The position numbers and the translations under genes were made by a program. This document shows positions 8,837 through 17,738 of a stretch of 64,000 nt of DNA, piece after piece; position 1 is the first letter of the stretch; each line of letters begins with the position of its first letter. The notes below the pieces were generated by a model. It worked only from the letters and a program-made list of their open reading frames with translations, was not told the origin of the DNA and did no database searches. Source of the stretch: an uncultured Bacillales bacterium (lineage in GTDB: Bacteria; Bacillota_I; Bacilli_A; RF39; UBA660); the NCBI GenBank assembly GCA_948442255.1, contig CAOJRT010000004.1, forward strand, positions 4,614 through 68,613, given 5' to 3'.

Positions 8837-9658
8837 AAAAAGTAGACCAAAAGATAAGAAAAGAATCATATGACATAGGCGATATTTCAAAAATGTTTTG
8901 TATTTCAATTGTTTAGAATTTAAGACGCTTTTGATTTGAAAATCAATACATAATCCCGAAGAAGAAAGTGAGATTATCGTAAAAAATAAACGACAAGAAT
9001 AGGAAAGCGGAGATAGAAGGATATTTTCTAATGAGGAAGTTACTTCCAGCACACTAAAAAGAAGTGTTCGAAGGAAAAGATGATTAATCTTACGAATAGG
9101 TAGGAGATTAAAAAATAAAACTGTTCCAGCAATTGTTAAAAGAGTATCAATTGCTTTTTTTGTACTAAGTAGAAATTGTTCAGAAAATTTTCTTTTTACG
9201 ATTTGCACTTTTAATTTTGGTGGTTTAATAAAAAAAGCCAGTATAAGATTACACAAAATATTCAATACTATTAAAGAAAGCGCCAGCTGGGGATTAAAAA
9301 TTTGCTTTAAAAAAGTATATAAAAATAGCAAAGAAGTATATTTATTAACTGCCATTATTTTGGTCACATCAGCCTCTTGGTCCTTCAATATATAAGCGTT
9401 AGCAGGTGAACCAGAAATAATACTAATAAGATAGAATAAATTAATCTTTGTTTTTTCCTCTATTTTATAAAAAATATTTGTCTGAAATAGAAAATCATTG
9501 ATTAAAAAAGTGGGAAACAAAATAGGAACTATTTTCGTAATCCATAATTGCATCGCATAAATCGTTTGTTCTTTTAAATAAGTAGGATTTTGTAAAACAA
9601 ATAAAAAACAAATGACTAAAATTGTAAAAATAATAAAATCTTTTAGAATATTTTTCAT
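8825..9658 (-). CDS. YlbJ-like integral membrane protein (nucleoside-recognition/Gate-type)
   Basis: Polytopic membrane protein. The N-terminus 'AMQLWITKIVPILFPTFLINDFL' resembles the YlbJ family motif, and it sits next to a ylbL-like gene as in B. subtilis. It is shorter (277 aa) than B. subtilis YlbJ. Confidence 0.4.
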   Translation of the reverse strand: MKNILKDFIIFTILVICFLFVLQNPTYLKEQTIYAMQLWITKIVPILFPTFLINDFLFQTNIFYKIEEKTKINLFYLISIISGSPANAYILKDQEADVTKIMAVNKYTSLLFLYTFLKQIFNPQLALSLIVLNILCNLILAFFIKPPKLKVQIVKRKFSEQFLLSTKKAIDTLLTIAGTVLFFNLLPIRKINHLFLRTLLFSVLEVTSSLENILLSPLSYSCRLFFTIISLSSSGLCIDFQIKSVLNSKQLKYKTFLKYRLCHMILFLSFGLLFLLL

Positions 9659-9690
9659 AATTAAGCCTCAATAATGATATAATGATTTAG

Positions 9691-10716
9691 GTGAATAAAA
9701 TGTTTAGTAAAATATATGATAATATTAAAAAATTTATTAAAGAGAACTTTGCTTTTTTAATAATTTGTATTGCTATCTTATTAATATACTTCGTAAAACT
9801 TCCTTACCAAGTAGAAATGCCTGGTGGAATAATTCCATTGGACAATCGTGTATTAATCGATGGAAAAGAAACAGATACTAAAGGAAGTTTTAATATGGCC
9901 TATGTAAGTGTTGCTCAAGGGAATATTCCTTATATTGTCCTAGGACTTCTTATGCCAGATTGGGATGTTGTAGCAAATAAAGATATTACTTATGAAAATG
10001 AGACAATTGAAGAGTCAAATAAACGAGATAAATTGAATTTAGAGCAAAGCAAGAATAATGCAACAGTTGCTGCTTTAAAGGCTGCCGAAATCCCATATGA
10101 AATCAGTAACAAAAAAAATCAAATCCTTTATATAGCAAGCCAAGCAAAAACAACTTTAGAAATTGGTGATGCTATTCTTTCTGTTGATGGGAATTCGTTT
10201 GAAGAAATTGAGGATATAAAAAGAATTGTACAGCAAAAAGAAGTGGGAGAGAGTGTTCTTTTTGAAATTGAACGTGATGGCAAAACAAAGGAAGCTGTTG
10301 CGACAATATATGACGAAAAAGATGAAAAATTAATCGGCATCTCCACCCTGACACTTTTTGATATTATTTGTGATGTTGACATAAAAATAGATACAAAAAA
10401 AAGTGAATCGGGACCAAGTGGTGGACTTATGATGTCTTTAATCCTTTATAACGCTTTAACAAATCAAGACTTAACACATGGAAAAACAATTGTAGGAACA
10501 GGTACTATAGATAAAGATGGAAAAGTGGGTGCTATTGGAGGCGTAAAATACAAAATAATGGGAGCTTACAAAAATAAAGCAGACATATTTTTAGTACCAG
10601 AAGATAATTATGCAGAAGCGATGGAAGTAAACGAAGAAAAAGGATATAATTTAACTATCGTCTCTGTATCAACATTAAAAGATGCTGTTCTTTTTTTGGA
10701 GGGATTAGATGAATAA
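9691..10716 (+). CDS. YlbL/SepM-type membrane serine protease (PDZ plus Lon-like S16 domain)
   Basis: N-terminal TM helix, a PDZ-like segment (LEIGDAILSVDGNSFEEIEDIKRIV), and the Lon-protease C-domain serine motif SGPSGGLMMSLILYNALT with GTGTIDKDGKVGAIGGVKYKI. Confidence 0.8.
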   Translation: MNKMFSKIYDNIKKFIKENFAFLIICIAILLIYFVKLPYQVEMPGGIIPLDNRVLIDGKETDTKGSFNMAYVSVAQGNIPYIVLGLLMPDWDVVANKDITYENETIEESNKRDKLNLEQSKNNATVAALKAAEIPYEISNKKNQILYIASQAKTTLEIGDAILSVDGNSFEEIEDIKRIVQQKEVGESVLFEIERDGKTKEAVATIYDEKDEKLIGISTLTLFDIICDVDIKIDTKKSESGPSGGLMMSLILYNALTNQDLTHGKTIVGTGTIDKDGKVGAIGGVKYKIMGAYKNKADIFLVPEDNYAEAMEVNEEKGYNLTIVSVSTLKDAVLFLEGLDE

Positions 10717-11323
10717 ATATTATAAAGAAAATATAATTGAGGATATTGATGCAACACTTGTCATGAATCCTTTCTTTGATGAGTGGTATGCAATAGTAAA
10801 GGACATTTTAGCTAGTGATGAATTTCAAAAAAGAAAACTCTTTTGGCATCATCATAAATTAAGTGTTTGGGATCATTCCATTTTAGTTTCTTTTAAATCT
10901 TTTTTAGCAAGCAAGTATTTTCATGCCGATAAAAAAATCTGTGCGATTGCGGGTTTACTACATGACTTTTATCCCTATACTTGGTTATATAACAAGGAAC
11001 TTGAAGAGATAGATGGAGGAATTTACTTAAGTAGGTTAGATGAGAAAAGACCCCTTTTTAAAAAGCATGGCTTTACTCATGCTAAGGAAGCAGCTGAAAA
11101 CTACATAAAATATTTTCCTGAATTAGAAGATAAAAAAATAACGAATTGTATCAAGAGGCATATGTTTCCTCTTAATATAATTCCTCCTAGGTATAAAGAA
11201 GGTTTAATCATTACAAGTGTAGACAAGTTAAATAGCGTAAGAGAGTTACCAAGCATCTCCTATGTATCTACTATTGTAAAAGATAAAGCTATTCATTTAT
11301 TATTTGAAGATATTGATAGCTAA
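10709..11323 (+). CDS. HD-domain phosphohydrolase
   Basis: 'WDHSILVSFKS' (His) and 'AGLLHDFYPY' (HD) motifs. It overlaps the upstream gene by 8 nt. Confidence 0.7.
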   Translation: MNKYYKENIIEDIDATLVMNPFFDEWYAIVKDILASDEFQKRKLFWHHHKLSVWDHSILVSFKSFLASKYFHADKKICAIAGLLHDFYPYTWLYNKELEEIDGGIYLSRLDEKRPLFKKHGFTHAKEAAENYIKYFPELEDKKITNCIKRHMFPLNIIPPRYKEGLIITSVDKLNSVRELPSISYVSTIVKDKAIHLLFEDIDS

Positions 11324-11409
11324 ACAAATGTAAAAAAGCGAAATTAAAAAAGATAACTATTGTTTTTAAATTTTATTTTTGTTATAATATTAATATTCGG
11401 AGGATTAAA

Positions 11410-11490
11410 ATGCTAAGTAGTACAAAACAGAGAATAGGCGTGATAATATTTTTATTAATATTAGCATTTCTAATATCTCTAAGCGCTTAA
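11410..11490 (+). CDS. Possible 26-aa membrane peptide
   Basis: An extended -10 (tgttataat, 11380-11388) and a GGAGG RBS lie 6 nt before the ATG. Product: MLSSTKQRIGVIIFLLILAFLISLSA. A weak hairpin aacc-attat-ggtt plus a T-run follows. Confidence 0.35.
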   Translation: MLSSTKQRIGVIIFLLILAFLISLSA

Positions 11491-11582
11491 AACCATTATG
11501 GTTTTTTTATTTTGTCCTCTATATGCCATTGCAATTTTAATTAATTTCTTATATAATGATTAAAGAGTAGGATGCGATAAAA

Positions 11583-12554
11583 ATGAAAAAATTTAATCCA
11601 GATAAAGAACTAGGTCGTATACAAAATAGAAACGATATGTTTTCTTCTAATAAGCAAGCTAAAAGGTTATTTGCCCCTCTTTTAGTGATTGCTTGTTGTG
11701 GAATTTCCATGATTGCCATTGCTTTTTCTGCCAATTTATCTACTGGTTCAATAAAAACACACACCGTAAAAATAGATATTATTAATGGTATGCAGGATAC
11801 AATAATTAACACAATTAAAGAAGGACCTTATAAAGAGGTGATTCAAACGGATGCCACTTTTGGAGGACTAAACTGTACAAAAGGAGAACTCTATTACGAA
11901 GAAGAAACTAACACTATCTATTCAGAGAATCTCAATACAGATACCTATTGTATCTTAACCTTTTTAGATGATGGCACTAAAAAGGTAGCGACTAACGAGT
12001 TATATCGTGTTGCCGATAATTTTGGAACTTCTTATTATTTTAAAGGAGATAGCGAAAACAATTATGTTCTTTATAAAGGAATCTTATTTCGTATTGTTCG
12101 TATAAATGGTGATGGTACTTATCGTTTAATAACAGATCAATCCATAGGTGAATATAGTTTTGGAGCAAATGATTATCAAGTAAGTAATATACCAGAAATT
12201 TTAAATAGTTGGTTAACTTTTGAAACTATCGAAAGGGATTATGATATTGCTAATTATGAATTATTATCAAATGAAACACTGATTAATCTAATGGGGTACC
12301 AAACTTTATCGGTCGGCTTACTTAGTATAAATGAAGCTAAACTAATTAACGATGGGGCGGGAAACAGTTATTTAGGCAACAATGTGTATTTAGCTAATGG
12401 TTTTGGAGAGAATCGTGTTTGGGCAATAGAAGATGGAGAAATAACTACTGTAGAGGGAGAAACCTTTTTAAATATTCACCCAGTTATTAATGTTCAAATT
12501 AAAAACATAAATGGCCAAGGCACTCAAACAAATCCTTATGTAATAGAAGATTAA
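11583..12554 (+). CDS. Membrane-anchored extracellular protein, paralog of 7438-8349
   Basis: One TM helix (LFAPLLVIACCGISMIAIAF). Conserved blocks are shared with the 7438 product (see that entry). Confidence 0.6.
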   Translation: MKKFNPDKELGRIQNRNDMFSSNKQAKRLFAPLLVIACCGISMIAIAFSANLSTGSIKTHTVKIDIINGMQDTIINTIKEGPYKEVIQTDATFGGLNCTKGELYYEEETNTIYSENLNTDTYCILTFLDDGTKKVATNELYRVADNFGTSYYFKGDSENNYVLYKGILFRIVRINGDGTYRLITDQSIGEYSFGANDYQVSNIPEILNSWLTFETIERDYDIANYELLSNETLINLMGYQTLSVGLLSINEAKLINDGAGNSYLGNNVYLANGFGENRVWAIEDGEITTVEGETFLNIHPVINVQIKNINGQGTQTNPYVIED

Positions 12555-12577
12555 TTCTTCTTTTTTTTCTTTTTTTT

Positions 12578-12586
12578 TGTTATAAT
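12578..12586 (+). promoter_or_regulatory. Extended -10 element (tgttataat) upstream of mutS
   Basis: TGnTATAAT ends 7 nt before the GTG at 12594. There is no purine-rich RBS before any of the candidate starts (12594, 12597, 12603). Confidence 0.4.
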
Positions 12587-12593
12587 AAAAATC

Positions 12594-15143
12594 GTGATGT
12601 ATATGAAAAGAAACGAAGTTGACAGAGAGAGATTAAGCCCTGGAATGAAACAATATATGGAAATTAAAGACCAATATCCGGAAGAATTATTGTTTTTTCG
12701 TTTAGGGGATTTTTACGAATTATTTTTTGAGGATGGGATAGTCGCATCAAGAGAATGTGAACTTACTTTAACGAGTAAAAATGCTGGACTAGATGAGAGA
12801 GTTCCCATGTGTGGTGTTCCTTTTCATAGTGTAAAACCTTATATAGAAAAATTAGTAAGTAAAGGATATAAAATTGCTTTGTGTGAGCAACTTGAAGATC
12901 CTAAGAACGCCAAAGGCATGGTAAAACGTGGGGTAATACAAGTCATAAGTAAAGGAACTATTATTGACTATGAAATGTTAAAAGCATATGACAATAACTT
13001 TATTGGTAGTATTATCAAATCAAGTGGATATTACACTATTACCTATGGAGATGTTTCTACTGGTTCTTTATATATTATGGATATAGAAGAGGGGCAAGAG
13101 ACGCTTTTAAATGCCATATTGAATTTAAATTTAAAAGAAATAGTAGTAACAAATGACGAAAATAAAGATTTTTTTAATGTTTTAAAAGAAACTTATAATA
13201 TAGAGATAAGTATTAGTACAGAATATTTGGAAGATAAATATGCAACTTTATATAAAGATTTAAAAGAGATGCGTCATATATTAGGAGTAAAGCATCTATG
13301 TTACTATTTACATATTAGACAATTAAAAGATTTAGATCACATTAGTGAAGTCAATATAATTAATACTCAAGAATTCTTGGATATGGATGTCCATACCATA
13401 AGAAACCTAGAATTATTTGAAACTCTTCGTTTAAAGGAAAGAACTTTCAGTTTAATTTGGCTACTAGATAAAACAAAAACAGCTATGGGAAGTAGAAAAT
13501 TAAAAGAGTGGTGTAATTATCCCTTAAAAGATAAAAAAGAAATAAACAAGCGTTATGACCAAATTGCGGTATTACAAAAAGAATTCATAGCTAGAGAAGA
13601 AATCATTCATGCATTAGATGAAGTGTACGACTTAGAAAGATTATGTGGTAAATGTGCTTGTGGAAATTTAAATGCAAGAGATGTTTTACAAATAAAAAGA
13701 AGTTTAAGTGTTTTACCAGAAATAAAAGAAAAAAGTAATCAAATAGGTTTTTCTTTCAATTTTTCTTGCTTTGAAGAATTACATGAACTATTAGAAAAAG
13801 CAATTTATGAAACACCTCCTATAGGTTTAAAAGAAGGTTATCTGATAAAAGAAGGATTTAATAAAGAATTAGACGACTTAAAAGAAATTCGCAGTGGTGG
13901 AAAAGACTTCATTGCTTCTTTAGAGGAACAAGAAAGAAAAAGAACTGGTATTCGTACTCTTAAAGTAGGATATACCAAAGTATTTGGCTATTATATTGAA
14001 ATTAGTAAAGGCGCTTGCAATCAAGTAAAAGAGGAATTTGGTTATGAACGAAGACAAACGCTTACCAATTGCGAACGTTTTATAAGTCCTCTTTTAAAAG
14101 AAAAAGAAGCGTTGGTTTTGAATGCGGAAGAAAAAATTATTGAGTTAGAATACAATTTATTCATGGAAATAAAAAAGCATATTTTGGATTGCATTCAAGA
14201 ATTACAAAATACTGCAAAGAAAATAAGTGAGCTAGATGCCATTATAAGTTTAGCAATTGTTGCTGAAGAACTAAATCTTGTAAGACCTGAACTAACGGAA
14301 GAACGAACGATAGAAATCATCGATGGACGTCATCCAGTAGTAGAAAAAGTAGCTAAAAACGAATATGTAGCAAATGATTGTATTATGAGTGAAGAAACAA
14401 ATACTCTTTTAATTACAGGACCTAATATGAGTGGTAAATCTACTTTTATGAGGCAGCTTGCAATCATCATTATTATGGCACAGATTGGTTCTTATGTTCC
14501 GGCTAAAAAAGCCAAATTACCTATTATTGATAAAATATTTACACGTATAGGAGCATCAGATGACTTGGTTAGTGGAGAATCTACATTTATGGTTGAGATG
14601 AAAGAAGCAAAAAATGCGTTATGCCATGCGACAAAAGATTCATTAGTCTTATTTGATGAGCTTGGAAGAGGAACTTCTACTTATGATGGAATAAGTTTAG
14701 CGCAAGCTATATTAGAATATATTAATAAAGAGATACAATGTAAAACTTTATTTAGTACTCATTATCATGAGCTTACTTCTTTAGAAGAAATAAAAGGAAT
14801 AGAAAATGTGCATGTTGAAGCTTATTTAAAAGATGGAAATGTTACATTCCTTCATAAAGTAAGTAGAGGAGCTGTAGATAAAAGCTATGGAATACATGTA
14901 GCAAAACTAGCGGGAATGCCAGAACCTTTGCTGAAAAGAGCGAATACGATATTAGAAAATTATGAATCTTCGATACAAAAGCAACCTACACGAGAAAATA
15001 AACAAGTTTCTTTTGATTTTGATAGGAAAGAGGAGTCGTCTATAATAAAAGAAAAATTAAAAGATATTGACCCATTAAACATAACTCCAATGGAAGCAAT
15101 CAATTTACTTTATGAATTAAAGGAATTAAGTAAAAAAGAATAA
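12594..15143 (+). CDS. mutS: DNA mismatch repair protein MutS
   Basis: N-terminal 'SPGMKQYMEIKDQYPEELLFFRLGDFYELFFEDG', Walker A GPNMSGKST, 'DELGRGTSTYDG', 'STHYHEL'. The exact start is uncertain (12594, 12597 or 12603). Confidence 0.95.
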   Translation: MMYMKRNEVDRERLSPGMKQYMEIKDQYPEELLFFRLGDFYELFFEDGIVASRECELTLTSKNAGLDERVPMCGVPFHSVKPYIEKLVSKGYKIALCEQLEDPKNAKGMVKRGVIQVISKGTIIDYEMLKAYDNNFIGSIIKSSGYYTITYGDVSTGSLYIMDIEEGQETLLNAILNLNLKEIVVTNDENKDFFNVLKETYNIEISISTEYLEDKYATLYKDLKEMRHILGVKHLCYYLHIRQLKDLDHISEVNIINTQEFLDMDVHTIRNLELFETLRLKERTFSLIWLLDKTKTAMGSRKLKEWCNYPLKDKKEINKRYDQIAVLQKEFIAREEIIHALDEVYDLERLCGKCACGNLNARDVLQIKRSLSVLPEIKEKSNQIGFSFNFSCFEELHELLEKAIYETPPIGLKEGYLIKEGFNKELDDLKEIRSGGKDFIASLEEQERKRTGIRTLKVGYTKVFGYYIEISKGACNQVKEEFGYERRQTLTNCERFISPLLKEKEALVLNAEEKIIELEYNLFMEIKKHILDCIQELQNTAKKISELDAIISLAIVAEELNLVRPELTEERTIEIIDGRHPVVEKVAKNEYVANDCIMSEETNTLLITGPNMSGKSTFMRQLAIIIIMAQIGSYVPAKKAKLPIIDKIFTRIGASDDLVSGESTFMVEMKEAKNALCHATKDSLVLFDELGRGTSTYDGISLAQAILEYINKEIQCKTLFSTHYHELTSLEEIKGIENVHVEAYLKDGNVTFLHKVSRGAVDKSYGIHVAKLAGMPEPLLKRANTILENYESSIQKQPTRENKQVSFDFDRKEESSIIKEKLKDIDPLNITPMEAINLLYELKELSKKE

Positions 15144-15212
15144 ATCATTATGACTTGTTAAATTTTTCTTTTCTATGGTATGATAAATATAGAACACCTA
15201 AGGGGGATTTTT

Positions 15213-16319
15213 ATGAACAGACAAAAAGTAGCTGAATTAGATTTTGGACATATCATATTCGGAAAAAAAGGGAGTGTGGAATCTTTATTTTTAGTTCTTG
15301 GTAATAATGGAGAAAAAGCTTTTTGCTTGGAATCATGTATAGGTGAGAAAATGCAAGAGAAGGATGTTTTTGTTGTTGAAATACTGGGAAGAACCCTTTT
15401 CTTTGATACAAGGAAAAAAGTTGCTCTGTCAAGGAAAAATATTATAAAACGAGAAACTTTTTTAACAAGTGAGCAAAAAAGGACTCTCCAGTCTCTTCTG
15501 CCAAAAGAGGCAAAGAAGAGTAATGTTCCTAAAAGGGGAGATATTATTCTTTATCTTAATCAAACGTTTATAATAGAAACATGTAAGGCAGATTGCTATG
15601 ATTGTTATATTTGTGATGTTAACAATAGAGTAGTAGGGATACCATTTCAAATTTATAATAAAGATCAAGTAGAAAAAGTAGGTTCTTCTCCAGAATTGTT
15701 ACAAATCGTATTCCTAAAGCAAGAAAAAGCGAGAAATTTAGGCATAGGGACTTTAGTTTCAAAAAAAGGATATATTTATTATATTTATGACAAAGAAGAA
15801 ACATTTTATCGCGCGGTTAGAGTTGATTTTAAAGAAGGGAAACAGCTAAAAATAAATCGTATTTCTTATTCCACTTCTTTATCTGAAAAAATACATATTC
15901 CAAAGAATAGTCAAAAATATAAAGTCCTTATGACTTCTACTGAGGAAGAAATTCAAAATAACAAACCTCTTTTTCCTCAAAGAAAAATAAAAATAGAGCA
16001 AAAAAAGAGTCCTTTAGAATCAACTTCTGCTCTTTTATTAGAAGGAGATATAATTAAATCGGAATCTGGAAGCGTTTATTTTTTTATTATGAAAAAGGAA
16101 AAATGTGTAATCTGCCTTGATTCTGATAAATATTTGAATGGGGAAATGGTTGTAAAAGATTTCCAAAAAGAGAGTTTTTCTATTATAGGGAATTTAGGAC
16201 AGAATACTTATAGAGAAATTCTTCGAACTCTTTCCCAATGTTATAGCAGTTATTTTACTAGAGGGGAAATACAACTTTTATTAGCGAAGAAGATTGAAGA
16301 AGAGGAAGATTTTTGCTGA
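15213..16319 (+). CDS. Hypothetical protein with four copies of a short beta-rich module
   Basis: AAGGGGGA RBS lies before the ATG at 15213. Repeated modules: 'GHIIFGKKGSVESLFLVL', 'RGDIILYLNQTFIIETCK', 'IGTLVSKKGYIYYIYDKE', 'EGDIIKSESGSVYFFIMKKE'. I recognise no family. Confidence 0.6.
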   Translation: MNRQKVAELDFGHIIFGKKGSVESLFLVLGNNGEKAFCLESCIGEKMQEKDVFVVEILGRTLFFDTRKKVALSRKNIIKRETFLTSEQKRTLQSLLPKEAKKSNVPKRGDIILYLNQTFIIETCKADCYDCYICDVNNRVVGIPFQIYNKDQVEKVGSSPELLQIVFLKQEKARNLGIGTLVSKKGYIYYIYDKEETFYRAVRVDFKEGKQLKINRISYSTSLSEKIHIPKNSQKYKVLMTSTEEEIQNNKPLFPQRKIKIEQKKSPLESTSALLLEGDIIKSESGSVYFFIMKKEKCVICLDSDKYLNGEMVVKDFQKESFSIIGNLGQNTYREILRTLSQCYSSYFTRGEIQLLLAKKIEEEEDFC

Positions 16320-16384
16320 TTTTTTACAAGAATATCTTAATTTTTAAATAAAATATGTTATAATCTTTTAAGAGGTGCATTGAT

Positions 16385-16786
16385 ATGGGAAAAACGAGAA
16401 GTGAATTAAGAGAGACTGCTATGGTTATTCTATACCAAATTGACATTAACAAAAGCAATCATATTGATTTTAGCGTTGAAAACATAATCGCCGATAATCT
16501 AGAAGTAGACAATGAATTTGTTAGAAACTTAGTTTATGGAGTAATTACGCATATGGACTCGTTAGATGAATTAGCGAACTCCCATATGAAAAATTGGAAT
16601 ATTAATAGAATTGACAAAACAGGGGCTGCTATATTAAGAATTGGACTATATGAAATATTATATGAAGAAGATACCCCTAACATAGTTGCTATTAATGAAG
16701 CAATTGAACTAGCCAAGAAATATAGTGACAATAATGTAAGAAAAATTATTAACGCTGTTTTAGACAAAGTAAACAACGAAAACTAA
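16385..16786 (+). CDS. nusB: Transcription antitermination factor NusB
   Basis: 133 aa. 'RSELRETAMVILYQIDI', 'NWNINRIDKTGAAILRIGLYEILY', 'INEAIELAKKY' match the NusB pattern. An extended -10 tgttataat lies at 16356-16364. Confidence 0.85.
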   Translation: MGKTRSELRETAMVILYQIDINKSNHIDFSVENIIADNLEVDNEFVRNLVYGVITHMDSLDELANSHMKNWNINRIDKTGAAILRIGLYEILYEEDTPNIVAINEAIELAKKYSDNNVRKIINAVLDKVNNEN

Positions 16787-16809
16787 AACTAGATATTTAT
16801 CTAGTTTTT
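16785..16809. terminator. Bidirectional terminator between nusB and def
   Basis: Near-perfect palindrome aaaactagata-tt-tatctagtttt, flanked by A/T runs and located between the convergent genes. Confidence 0.6.
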
Positions 16810-17362
16810 AAATGGCTCTATAAATGTCTTTCCCTTTATAAGGATTCTTTTTATCAATCTTATCAGTAAACAAAATACCATCTAAATGATCGATTTCATG
16901 TTGAAAAGCAACTGCAAGTTCTTCACGGACACGTATTTGATAAAGCGTTCCATATTCATCATATGCTTCAAGTGTCATACGAGCATGTCTTGGGACAATA
17001 CCACAAGTAGGACGATTAATAGAAAGACATCCTTCTCCTTCGGAAATATAAACAAGTTCTTCGCTTGTACTTTTTATCTTTGGATTAATTACAATATGTC
17101 GCTCAAATTTTCCTTCTTCAACTTCTTCAACGACAACAAATATTCTTTTAGGAATACCAAGTTGAATATAAGCGAGTCCCATACCAGCACGTAAATCGTA
17201 TTTTTCGCGCGATTCTTCAATTTGTGACATTTCTAAGTAATCCATCATATCATGGATACGCTTAACATCTTCTTTTGGAAGCGGAAAGGAAATATTTTTT
17301 GATTTTTCTCTTAATCTTTTATCTTTTTCATCTAAAATAGTAATATTTGGAAGTTTTTTCAT
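16808..17362 (-). CDS. def: Peptide deformylase
   Basis: Motifs 'GMGLAYIQLG', 'EGEGCLSI' and 'HEIDHLDG' are the three deformylase metal-binding motifs. Confidence 0.9.
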   Translation of the reverse strand: MKKLPNITILDEKDKRLREKSKNISFPLPKEDVKRIHDMMDYLEMSQIEESREKYDLRAGMGLAYIQLGIPKRIFVVVEEVEEGKFERHIVINPKIKSTSEELVYISEGEGCLSINRPTCGIVPRHARMTLEAYDEYGTLYQIRVREELAVAFQHEIDHLDGILFTDKIDKKNPYKGKDIYRAI

Positions 17363-17434
17363 AATGCATCACCAACGACTTCATTTTACCAAAAAAAGAA
17401 AAAAAAGACAAATTAAAAAGGCTTTTAGGCCTTT

Positions 17435-17605
17435 TTAGTTATTATTCCAATTCCATCCTGCGCCAATGATTATAACTAATAGGATGAATAGAACGATCCA
17501 TATAGCTGCCCCTATACCGTTTCCACAAGTATATCCAACGTATCCACCGCAATTAGGAGCTGCGTTATAGTTACCATAGTAACCATTATTTCCATAGTAA
17601 TACAT
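17435..17605 (-). CDS. YjcZ-family (tiny TM) sporulation protein, 56 aa
   Basis: Absent from the ORF track (under 60 aa). AAGGAGGTT RBS lies 7 nt before the ATG. Product: MYYYGNNGYYGNYNAAPNCGGYVGYTCGNGIGAAIWIVLFILLVIIIGAGWNWNNN. It has a Gly/Tyr-rich head plus 'IVLFILLVIIIG', like the FALIVVLFILLIIVG core of the YjcZ family. The hairpin aaaaggc-ttttag-gcctttt (17415-17435 region) follows. Confidence 0.6.
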   Translation of the reverse strand: MYYYGNNGYYGNYNAAPNCGGYVGYTCGNGIGAAIWIVLFILLVIIIGAGWNWNNN

Positions 17606-17738
17606 ACAATAACCTCCTTTATGTATCTACTATAGTGTATTAATTTATGTCCAATTTTGACATTAAAAATACCTAAAAATTTTGATTATCTTTTTAAAAA
17701 GTGGTTTCTATGTTATCATAGACTTAGGAGGAATGAAG

